DNA of 64,000 nucleotides, from the NCBI GenBank assembly GCA_021792255.1, contig JAJYUZ010000005.1:1-64000 (forward strand), written 5' to 3'. The position numbers and the translations under genes were made by a program. Below, piece after piece: positions 48,192 through 56,913 of the stretch. The first letter of the stretch is position 1; every line of letters begins with the position of its first letter. The notes beneath the pieces are model-generated. The model saw only the letters and a program-made list of their open reading frames with translations. It searched no databases and had not been told where the DNA came from. The stretch comes from Thermoplasmata archaeon. GTDB lineage: Archaea; Thermoplasmatota; Thermoplasmata; Thermoplasmatales; GCA-001856825.

Positions 48192-48285
48192 GTCACGGTC
48201 GTACTCCAACGCAACTAGATTCCTTGGAAAAGTCATTTACAGTGGAGCTATACCGATTGTTTTACCGCGTCTTTACCGGCAATAA
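48181..48285 (+). pseudogene. 5' remnant of a DUF2079-like gene (paralog of 56885-58990)
   Basis: MTFKSRSYSNATRFLGKVIYSGAIPIVL aligns without gaps to MPYRYSSHHKVPGFIGQIINRRTIPIIL, with the same position relative to the upstream GT; similarity stops at the TTTACC motif. Confidence 0.6.
48261..48277. repeat. Copy of the 17-bp motif (TTTACCGCGTCTTTACC)
   Basis: Matches 43422-43438 and the reverse complement of 54624-54640. Confidence 0.65.
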
Positions 48286-48357
48286 TTTATCGCTCTTTCC
48301 TTTTATAGGGTGATGGGATTAGATTTTATGAATTCAAATGGGTTGAGAAGTGAACTA

Positions 48358-49400
48358 TAGTTAAGGACATTTGTAATTGATTATTATTAAATATTATATC
48401 CGTATACAGATACCATGGTGGAAATGGGTATTGATGAGCTCAAGCTCAATTACAGGAATGAGAAGGATGCGGATGTGCGAGAACGCATCCTCATGATCAT
48501 ATGGCTGAAGTCAGGCATATCCAGCTACAAGATTGGTGAAAGACTGTTCTGTCCCCAGTCCAAGGTCATCTACTGGAAGAAGAGGTATGCAGAACATGGA
48601 ATGGATGGTCTAAGAACAGTCCAGAAATCTGGAAGGCCTACACAAATGGATGAAGTCACAGAACAGCATATAAAGGAAGAGCTATCCTCAAAGGAATACT
48701 GGAAATCCACCCAAGTCTCTTCCATAATCAGGGAGAAGGGCAGAATGATCTACACTCAGAGGCATGTGCGCCGTTTAATGCAGAAGTGGGGTTATTCCCT
48801 AGTAACTCCAAGGAAGAAGCACAAGAAGGCAGCCTCCGATGAAGAGGTTGAAAACTTTAAAAAAAATCCGCAGAGATACTGGGTTCTCTCAGGAAGGGAA
48901 TGACTGCGGTGTGCATGGATGAGTCCATATTCGTATACGACTCAATAGTAAGAAGGGTGTGGGCAAGGAAGGGAAGCAAGCCAAGAATCATGACAACGGG
49001 TTCTCACAAGAAGGTGCTTCTATCCGGTGCAGTTGCATTAGACGGATCGACTCTATTCCGTTCCTATGAGGGCATGGCATCAAGGGAATTCATCTCCTAT
49101 CTCAGTGCACTGAAGAGGAAGTATGGAAAGTACGTACTGTTCTACGATGGTGCACCCTGGCACAGATCTGAGAAAGTGAAAAGATTCCTCAAGAAGAACA
49201 GGAGGAGGATAAAGCCTGTGATGTTTCCAGCATGTTCTCCCGAGCTTAATCCTGTGGAGGAGTGCTGGAACATAGGAAAGAACACCCTCCTTGGGTCTAC
49301 GGTGCCGGACAGCTTCGAAAAATTGAGGAGAGAGGTATCGGAATATTACAGGACAAAGAAGTTCCATCTAAATATAATCAACTACATATGTCCATATCTA
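48358..49400 (+). mobile_element. IS630-family insertion sequence, apparently intact
   Basis: Terminal inverted repeats 24/28 identical including the flanking TA (TATAGTTAAGGACATTTGTAATTGATTA vs TATAGATATGGACATATGTAGTTGATTA); TA duplication at 48356-57 and 49401-02. Confidence 0.92.
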
Positions 49401-49403
49401 TAA
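48415..49403 (+). CDS. IS630 transposase, two ORFs joined by a probable -1 frameshift
   Basis: OrfA HTH (W.KRY...GMDGL...SGRP) and OrfB DDE (MDES, YDGAPWH, SPELNPVEECW); A8 slippery run near 48859-48866 joins the frames (FKK-SAEILG...MTAVCMDES). Confidence 0.9.
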
Positions 49404-49711
49404 TATTCCTCCTTGTATCAGACGTAGCCGATCTTACTGAGGTCTTGGGTTCATTTCTTGCGGTTATCCAATCAGGCGCTGAACTTCAAACAGTTACCTT
49501 CCCTTGTAAGTTTGTATTTCTCAATGGTCGCATTGAATGAAACGTTATCGGTTGTCTTTCCGCTATCGGGTATCCGTTGCTTAGTCTGCGCCGTATATCA
49601 TTCTTCCATTCTAGAAATTTTTCCGGTTTCGAACGGTTCCTTATATCTTTCTACTCGTTATCAGTTGTCATTTTATAGAAAATTTATAAAGTTATTGTTA
49701 ATCCTCTGGCT

Positions 49712-50641
49712 ATGGCAGGGGCACTTGTTTCGGGTGGAAATGGTTTCTTGGGATCACATTTGGTTGAAAAACTACTTAAAGAGTGTCTTGAAATTACAGT
49801 TGTGGATGACCTATCTACTATGGAGGAAATGAATTTGCCAAAAGACGTTCGATTTGTGAAAAAGAAAATTGAGAATTTCAAAACTGAAGAAAAATTCGAC
49901 TATGTGATTCATATGGCCGCAAGACCTTCGCCTGAAGACTACATCCAGAATCCGATTGATACTTTGATGTCTAATTCAAAGGGTACTAAGGTGATGCTGG
50001 ACATAGCGCGATTGTCTAACGCAGTTTTTCTGTATACTTCTTCTTCAGAAGTGTATGGGGAAGCTTCCACAATCCCCACGCCTGAGAGCTACTTCGGATA
50101 CGTTAACAGCATCGGTCCGAGGAGCTGTTATGATGAAGGGAAAAGGTATTCCGAATCTCTAATTATGGCTTATTACAGACAGTTCAATCTAGACGTAAGA
50201 ATAGAGAGACCGTTCAACGTGTATGGACCCAGGATTAGGGCTGACGGATTTTATGGCAGGGTCATACCAAGGTTCGTTACATCGGCATTAAATGATAAAG
50301 ACTTAATAATCTACGGGGATGGTCAACAGACTCGCTCCTTCCTATACGTTAACGATTGGGTCGATGCCACTTGGACCTTTCTGACAGAAAGGAATCTTTC
50401 CGGCCAATTTATTAACGTAGGATCAAGGGATGAGATTACAATTAACGATCTCGCTGAGAAAATTGTGAACATCACCTCCTCTCAATCGAAAATTGTCAGG
50501 GTAGAAGGTAGACAAGATGATCCCAGAAGGCGTGCAGCAGATATTACCAAAGCTGGGGAATTATTAAAATGGAAGTCAATGACGAGCCTAGATGAGGGGC
50601 TTCGCCAGACCATAAGTTGGTTCAAGGGGAGAGAGATATGA
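49712..50641 (+). CDS. UDP-glucuronate decarboxylase (UDP-xylose synthase-like)
   Basis: GGNGFLG, SSSEVYG, GPRSCYDEGKR, FNVYGPR, QTRSFLYV, DDPRRR. Confidence 0.88.
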   Translation: MAGALVSGGNGFLGSHLVEKLLKECLEITVVDDLSTMEEMNLPKDVRFVKKKIENFKTEEKFDYVIHMAARPSPEDYIQNPIDTLMSNSKGTKVMLDIARLSNAVFLYTSSSEVYGEASTIPTPESYFGYVNSIGPRSCYDEGKRYSESLIMAYYRQFNLDVRIERPFNVYGPRIRADGFYGRVIPRFVTSALNDKDLIIYGDGQQTRSFLYVNDWVDATWTFLTERNLSGQFINVGSRDEITINDLAEKIVNITSSQSKIVRVEGRQDDPRRRAADITKAGELLKWKSMTSLDEGLRQTISWFKGREI

Positions 50642-51861
50642 AGATTTCTGTGGTAGGACTAGGATTTGTTGGCCTAGTTACCTCAGTGGTACTCTCTAGG
50701 GCTGGTAATAACGTTATTTGCATAGATACCGATGAATCAAAGATAAATAGACTGAACAAAGGGGAGCTATACATATACGAACCGAAGCTAGATTCCTTGT
50801 TTACAGATCAAAAAAGTAAGATGAGATTTGAAACTGATTACTCTGACGTAAAGGGGAGCGACTTGACTTTCGTTTGCGTTCCGACACCAACAGTGAACGG
50901 CCGGAGCGACCTATCGTTTGTTCGAGATGCTGTAACAAGAACAGGCAAAGTGGATAGAGAAACAATAATTGTTATAAAAAGCACAGTTCTTCCAGGAACA
51001 GCTAAATCTCTTTCCTCTGCCATTAGCAATAGGATAATTTCCAATCCTGAATTTCTTAGAGAGGGTTCAGCCGTAGATGATACACTACATCCTGACAGGA
51101 TAGTGATCGGAGGAAGGGATAATGCGGCTTTGGACAAGGTTGAGGGGGCTTGGAGATTCTGCGGATCACCCATAGTCAGAACGACAAATGAGAATGCAGA
51201 GCTTATAAAGTATGCATCTAACTCATTTCTTGCTGCGAAGATTTCTTTTATAAACGAAATATCTGACCTCTGCGAGAGAATTCCAGGTACGGATGTAGAA
51301 ATTATTGCAAAAGGAATGGGGTTGGACCACAGGATAGGAAGAGAATTCCTCAGGGCAGGGCTAGGGTTCGGCGGTTCCTGCTTTCCAAAAGATACCCGAG
51401 CGATAGCAGAATATGCGAATAAAATAGGGACTAGACTGTCCATAGTCGAATCCGCAATTGACGTCAATGAAAGAAGGGTCGAAAGGGGAGTTAAAATCAT
51501 AGAGAATACAATGGGCAGTCTTAACGGTAAGAGGATATGCCTGCTTGGTTTGAGCTTCAAAGAAAACACAAACGACCTGAGGGAGTCGAGGGCGTTGGAC
51601 TTAGCAAGGGCGCTTAGAGAAAGAGGTGCACTAGTCTATGCATATGATCCGGTCATAAAAGACATTGAAGGCATTGGAACACTGAGAAGTGCTGAGGAAT
51701 GTGATGGCATGGATTGCGTTGTTGTTTCTTCGGAATGGAAAGAGTTTGAAGACCTACCGCTGTTCAAACGAGCTAACAATGTGATAGATCTTAAGAGGAT
51801 TGTGAATACTGCGACTAATCCAAGTGTCAAGTCAATAGGGGTTGGATATGCAAAGAATTAG
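50638..51861 (+). CDS. ugd: UDP-glucose 6-dehydrogenase
   Basis: VGLGFVG, CVPTP, IKSTV.PG, NPEFLREG, KYASNSFLA, GFGGSCFPKD. Confidence 0.93.
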   Translation: MKISVVGLGFVGLVTSVVLSRAGNNVICIDTDESKINRLNKGELYIYEPKLDSLFTDQKSKMRFETDYSDVKGSDLTFVCVPTPTVNGRSDLSFVRDAVTRTGKVDRETIIVIKSTVLPGTAKSLSSAISNRIISNPEFLREGSAVDDTLHPDRIVIGGRDNAALDKVEGAWRFCGSPIVRTTNENAELIKYASNSFLAAKISFINEISDLCERIPGTDVEIIAKGMGLDHRIGREFLRAGLGFGGSCFPKDTRAIAEYANKIGTRLSIVESAIDVNERRVERGVKIIENTMGSLNGKRICLLGLSFKENTNDLRESRALDLARALRERGALVYAYDPVIKDIEGIGTLRSAEECDGMDCVVVSSEWKEFEDLPLFKRANNVIDLKRIVNTATNPSVKSIGVGYAKN

Positions 51862-52651
51862 AAAGGCTGTGATCCCTGCAGCAGGTTACGGAAAGAGGTT
51901 CTATCCGCTCACCAGAGCTCAGCCCAAGGAGATGCTTCCAGTTCTCGACAAGCCGGTCATTCACTACGTCGTAGAGGAGGCAGTGTCGTCGGGACTAGAT
52001 GAAATACTGATCATAGTTGGAGCAGGAAAGGACGCAATAATAAATTACTTTGACAAGAACAAAATGGACGACGAGCTTGACAATTACGGTTTCAAAGGAA
52101 TGCCCGATATTTACTTCGTAAGACAGAAAGAGCAGAAGGGACTGGGTGACGCGATAAGGTATGCAAAAAATTTCACAGGCGACGATGACTTTGTAGTTCT
52201 TCTAGGCGATACAATTTACAAATCAGAAACAGAAAGGACGGTAACTTCGCAGTTGATAAATCTGTACGAAAAGACGGGTTCCCCTTCGATTATCGTTGAA
52301 AGGGTAAAAGCGGAAAAAATAAGAGATTACGGTATTGTTGACGGTGAAAAAGTCTCGGATGATGTCTTCAGGGTTAGATCTATTGTAGAAAAACCCGATC
52401 CATCCGACTCGCCCAGCGACTTAGGAGTCACGGGTATATACATTCTAGGTCCATACATTTATGAATGTCTGGAGAACATACCTCTAGGAAGGAACGGAGA
52501 ATACCAGCTAAGCGATGCATACAATCTGCTCGTAAAGAAAATGGATGTGTTCGCACTGATCATGAAAGGCAAGAGATACGATATAGGAACGAAGGAACTG
52601 TGGATAAAGACTTTTATAGAGTTCGCAAGCAAGCACGGCGGATACGGATGA
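51848..52651 (+). CDS. galU: UTP--glucose-1-phosphate uridylyltransferase
   Basis: KAVIPAAGYGKRFYPLTRAQPKEMLP, RQKEQKGLGDA, VEKP, EYQLSDA, RYDIG. Confidence 0.92.
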   Translation: MQRIRKAVIPAAGYGKRFYPLTRAQPKEMLPVLDKPVIHYVVEEAVSSGLDEILIIVGAGKDAIINYFDKNKMDDELDNYGFKGMPDIYFVRQKEQKGLGDAIRYAKNFTGDDDFVVLLGDTIYKSETERTVTSQLINLYEKTGSPSIIVERVKAEKIRDYGIVDGEKVSDDVFRVRSIVEKPDPSDSPSDLGVTGIYILGPYIYECLENIPLGRNGEYQLSDAYNLLVKKMDVFALIMKGKRYDIGTKELWIKTFIEFASKHGGYG

Positions 52652-52782
52652 AGTTAATGTCAAATGTGCTTGTTACAGCGGGAGCAGGGTTCATCGGGAG
52701 TTCCAGTGTTGACATGCTCGTGGAAGAAGGGTGTTACGCTAGTCTGATAGACAACTTTGAAAGATGCGTTCATAGGGAGTAA
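52648..52782 (+). pseudogene. N-terminal remnant of an NAD-dependent epimerase (GalE-like)
   Basis: MKLMSNVLVTAGAGFIGSS.VDMLVEEG....IDNF then stop; ATGA-coupled to galU. Confidence 0.75.
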
Positions 52783-52951
52783 GAAGTCAGTTCCTCGTGC
52801 TTAATAGTGATTTTTTCCCAAACATAGTCTCAGTAACATGAGTGCCATATAAGTTAAAATATCTGGCCAACTAGAGAAAGTATTCACATATCTGTTGATA
52901 TTCATTTGGCTTCGTGCCAAATATTATTAAGATGAGTTCTTATAGAACAAT

Positions 52952-54106
52952 ATGACGCTCAAAGTAGCATTCATTATGTTCAGCAATCTAAGTGTAGGTA
53001 GAGGTACAGAGAATATTGTGATGCAGTACTGCAAATTTTCTCCCTCCGACGTGGACATCACGATATTTCAGACAGATTTTCCGAGAGGCGAGGTTCAAGA
53101 AAAAGATTTTGACTTTGGATTATCCAAGCCCAAAATAGTCACGTTAAGAGGATTCGATCAGAGGTCAATTTTTCCTTCGAGGTCAATAGTGGTATTGGCC
53201 CTAACTCTTTATGTAAGATATCCCTTTCTTTTTTTAGCTTTAAGATTTATAAAAGAATATCGAGAAATGAGAAAGCAACTCAAGGATTTTGATGTCGTTT
53301 ATGTGTTCGGAAACTATTGGTCTTCGCTAGTTCCAAGAGGGCCTATAGTTGTCGGCTCGCCTCAAGGTTGGGAGCCGGAAAGAATCGGGGTTCTCAAGGC
53401 GCTAAACACATCAATTATTGGTAATGGACTCATATGGAGAAGAATTGATTATTTTCATTTGTTTCCTAGAAATAGCTGGTTTCTTGAAAGATATAACAAA
53501 AAAGGATTTGTCTTAGGCAATGGAAGCAGGTTATTATCCAGTTCGTCCGAAACCATTAAAGAAAACAATAAATTGGAATTTTGCTTTTTAGGCGCTCTTG
53601 AGGAATGTAAAGGCACTCTCACAGCTGTTAAGGCGTTTGAACTCCTAAGAGAGAGGGTAAGAGACAGGGAATTGGAGCTTCACTTAGTTGGGAGTGGTCC
53701 TCTCTTAAACGAGATCGAGGAAGGACAAGGGATGGTAAAGCACGGATTTATAGGCAACAAGAAAGAATTGCAGTCAATATTGAGTTCTTCAGATTGTTTC
53801 ATTTATCCAACCACCTGTGATACATTTGCTTTAGTTGTTATCGAGGCTTTGTCCGCAGGCACATATGCGATTGTATCAGACAGACTGCGGGGGGTTTATG
53901 ATAAATTTGAATATATGGGGGTACTGGAATACTGTCCGCCAACAGCTCATGCACTGGCTGATCAAATGCAGAATTTTTTAGCTAAAAGTGTGCCAAAGAA
54001 AAATTTTGACATCGCACGCCAGTTGATTCTAAGAGAGTATTCGTGGGAATCTATCACGGAAAAACTATTTGCAGAATTTAGGAAGTTAGTCAAAGAAAAT
54101 TCTTGA
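52952..54106 (+). CDS. GT4 (GT-B) glycosyltransferase
   Basis: FLGALEECKG, LVGSGP, DTFALVVIEALSAG, YSWE. Confidence 0.88.
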   Translation: MTLKVAFIMFSNLSVGRGTENIVMQYCKFSPSDVDITIFQTDFPRGEVQEKDFDFGLSKPKIVTLRGFDQRSIFPSRSIVVLALTLYVRYPFLFLALRFIKEYREMRKQLKDFDVVYVFGNYWSSLVPRGPIVVGSPQGWEPERIGVLKALNTSIIGNGLIWRRIDYFHLFPRNSWFLERYNKKGFVLGNGSRLLSSSSETIKENNKLEFCFLGALEECKGTLTAVKAFELLRERVRDRELELHLVGSGPLLNEIEEGQGMVKHGFIGNKKELQSILSSSDCFIYPTTCDTFALVVIEALSAGTYAIVSDRLRGVYDKFEYMGVLEYCPPTAHALADQMQNFLAKSVPKKNFDIARQLILREYSWESITEKLFAEFRKLVKENS

Positions 54107-54623
54107 CCTTCTTCTAACTTGGAAAGTCTATGTTCTACATTTTTCTCATCCTTTTAACCAGACGCATTTAACCAATACTGGTGATAACCTGCGCGATGGC
54201 GAGACTGCAATAAGTCTGAACATGACTTTCGATCTTTGATGTTCTGAAGTCTAGGACTATTCGTGCCTTTAATTGTGTATTGCTGCAATGGGTTGTTGTG
54301 GGGAATCTCAACTCCCCGTCGACAGAGGATGACAGTAATGATGCCGGTATGCTATTCTAGTGGGTCTTCCTTTGTCTCGAATCTGTGTTGAGCAACTATG
54401 ACATTATAGAGAAGTATCTCTCTGCAATTTCAATTGTCTTTTCATAGTTACTGTTTACAAGATAAAGGAATACCTTTCGCTTTCCCCTGTTCTTCTTTAG
54501 GAATGAGTGGAATATTAAAATAAAAGGGAGGTGAAATGGCAGAAACCACTCCTTAATTTATTTCGCCGTTTGTCTCAAACTGCTATAAACACTACATAAG
54601 ATATATAGACTGCGAGGAAAGGT

Positions 54624-54640
54624 GGTAAAGTTGCGGTAAA
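54624..54640. repeat. Inverted copy of the 17-bp motif (GGTAAAGTTGCGGTAAA)
   Basis: Preceded by GGAAAGGT and followed by CTATCTTAA, resembling the left arm at 43327-43350. Confidence 0.65.
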
Positions 54641-55042
54641 CTATCTTAATTTTTAGCGCTGCCGGATAATAAAATTTTTAACCAGCTTATATACTCAAGT
54701 TGCTCAGAATAATAAATAAGAGCATACGTAGAAGGTCTGACCGATAAGAGATTTTACAAGTCAGTCATAAAAACAAGGAAAAGAGGTTAGGTGACGGGAC
54801 TTGTTTCTTTATAAATTCTTGTCTGAAATTAGGAGAAATATTACCCTTTCATGTATAAAATCTGCGGAATCATTTATTAGGAATAATTGTAATAAAAAGA
54901 AGGGAACATAACGGGTTTAACTTCTAATGTAACCGACATAAATTGCAGTCGATCTTAACTGACACACACATTGGCAGCCGTGCCTTAGTTGCAAGAGAAG
55001 ATAATTATATCAGGTAAGCGATACCTTTTACTAGGAACTCGT

Positions 55043-55861
55043 ATGACCGTAGGGGCATATACTTTTGCAACAAGAGACTGGAAGGACCTTGAGTACCCAT
55101 TGGACCTTTATATCAAGTGGAACCATCTGCATTTTGATGAAGTAGCAATTTATACTTACGGAAATATAGACATACAATCAGACATACCGTCAAACGTTAA
55201 AATAATCCAAGGCATTGACCCTCAAAGCAAAGGACTCGATTTCTACCGTTTCGGCTTACACAATGCGATGCGAGAACTTTCCACGGACTGGAAGGTTTAC
55301 CTTGCACTAGATGAGTTCATAGAGAGAAGAATAGATACAAGCAATCTTAACCGTCATCTGGCTTATCCCCTGCGTAGAATAGACCTTTATGGTAATGTTC
55401 AGACAGCTATAGAAGGGGCATTTGTTAGATATCAATACTGTATTCATAACGGCAATAGGCGGTTGTTGGGGGACGGTGGTTCTATGATGCCACCGTATTC
55501 CGGAAGAATCCATATGGATGGGGTTGCTGCCTTTGTAAAACAGCTTATTACTAGGAGGCCAACATACAGGGATGAACCTATATTTACGACAAATTCCTTC
55601 CCAGGAACATTATACCATACCAATTCTCTCAGATCGCCAGAAAGAATGAGCAAGAAATGGCTACTTCAATTCACACGGGAAATCGATGGCGGAATTAGGA
55701 GAGACGATTTCAATAATGGACTTAAAAAAGTGCTGCTTAAGCCATTTAGATACGAGGACTATAAACTATACTGGCCTAGGGCGAAGTTGATTCGCGTGGA
55801 ACCACCAAGCATTATTCTTGAAAATAGGGAGCGGTTCGTAAACGTCAACTTGTCCGCCTGA
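55043..55861 (+). CDS. Putative GT-A-fold glycosyltransferase
   Basis: WNHLHFDEVAIY, LSTDWKVYLALDEFI (DxD-like), LYH; glycan-locus context. Confidence 0.6.
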   Translation: MTVGAYTFATRDWKDLEYPLDLYIKWNHLHFDEVAIYTYGNIDIQSDIPSNVKIIQGIDPQSKGLDFYRFGLHNAMRELSTDWKVYLALDEFIERRIDTSNLNRHLAYPLRRIDLYGNVQTAIEGAFVRYQYCIHNGNRRLLGDGGSMMPPYSGRIHMDGVAAFVKQLITRRPTYRDEPIFTTNSFPGTLYHTNSLRSPERMSKKWLLQFTREIDGGIRRDDFNNGLKKVLLKPFRYEDYKLYWPRAKLIRVEPPSIILENRERFVNVNLSA

Positions 55862-55932
55862 AGTACTCTAAAAAGATGAATAGAAATGGCAAATGAGATA
55901 TATTTGTTGAAGTTTCACCTAATAGACGCTTT

Positions 55933-56913
55933 ATGTACGGTCTTTGTTGCCCCTTAGAACAGAATGGAAAAGGTTTGTTCTTGAGCCCTACTGATTATCG
56001 TAACAATTACTTCATAAGTAACAATATAGAAAGGATTTTAGAGTTTTACGAAGGGTTTGGAAACAGGGAAGAACTAATTGAATGGATGAGGGAAAGACCC
56101 AAGGGTCTACCTTACGTATACGAGGAGGAAGGAGATAGAGAAATTATTGCAGTAATACCTACTGCCGATTTCAATGGGAAACTTGCTCTGACTTGCAGGG
56201 AAGAAGTCTTCAAAGGTGTTCATATTATATTCGTTGAAAGTGGAGTTGGTAATAATTACTTCAATTATGCGCATAACTGTAACGTTGGGATCATGAAAAC
56301 TATAGAATACAATCCAAAATGGGTCGTGGTTTCAAATGATGATATGGTGAAAAAAGAAGAAATTTCAGTCCTCAGAGAGGCTCTGAGGAGCATTGATCCA
56401 TCGAAGGTCGGAATTGTTTACTTCTATCCGAACACAGATTATCATTCAAAGGAAATAAGTGTATCTACGGTCAGGAAGATCAGGTCGGCCGTGAATCCCC
56501 TTTTGCCCTACTCAAGAAGGAAAGCGTTTAATATCCTGAAGAAATTTAAAGTTAAATTCTTCTTGTCTGGGGATTCATTCAAGGACTTTATCTTTTTTAT
56601 AAGAAAATTCAAATTTAAGAACACAATCTCCATTAAGGTCTATTCAGCAGAAATGATTAAAAAATTTATTTCGCGGCTCGGCTACTTTTACGATGAAATG
56701 TATGTAAATTGCGGTGAAGAGGGTGATCTTGCATTAAGAATACAAAGGTCTGGATGGGGAGGGGAAGTAGCAAATTTTAAGATATGGCCGCTCATAGGAT
56801 CATCATTTGGCAATTCAGACAGCAGATACTTGAGAGATCAGGTTGGAAACATCTATTTTTCGAAGAAGTTGGAGGACGAGGGGTATGCCCTACAGGTACT
56901 CGTCACACCATAA
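55933..56913 (+). CDS. GT-A/GT2-like glycosyltransferase, paralog of 47184-48191
   Basis: Shares EELIEWMRERPKG, YNP.WVV.SNDDMVK and FGNSDSRYLRDQ.GNIYFSKK. Confidence 0.72.
   Translation: MYGLCCPLEQNGKGLFLSPTDYRNNYFISNNIERILEFYEGFGNREELIEWMRERPKGLPYVYEEEGDREIIAVIPTADFNGKLALTCREEVFKGVHIIFVESGVGNNYFNYAHNCNVGIMKTIEYNPKWVVVSNDDMVKKEEISVLREALRSIDPSKVGIVYFYPNTDYHSKEISVSTVRKIRSAVNPLLPYSRRKAFNILKKFKVKFFLSGDSFKDFIFFIRKFKFKNTISIKVYSAEMIKKFISRLGYFYDEMYVNCGEEGDLALRIQRSGWGGEVANFKIWPLIGSSFGNSDSRYLRDQVGNIYFSKKLEDEGYALQVLVTP

Noticed and set aside
49404-49700. Possible minus-strand gene remnant after IS630
   Set aside because: Fragmented, and no family could be identified by eye.
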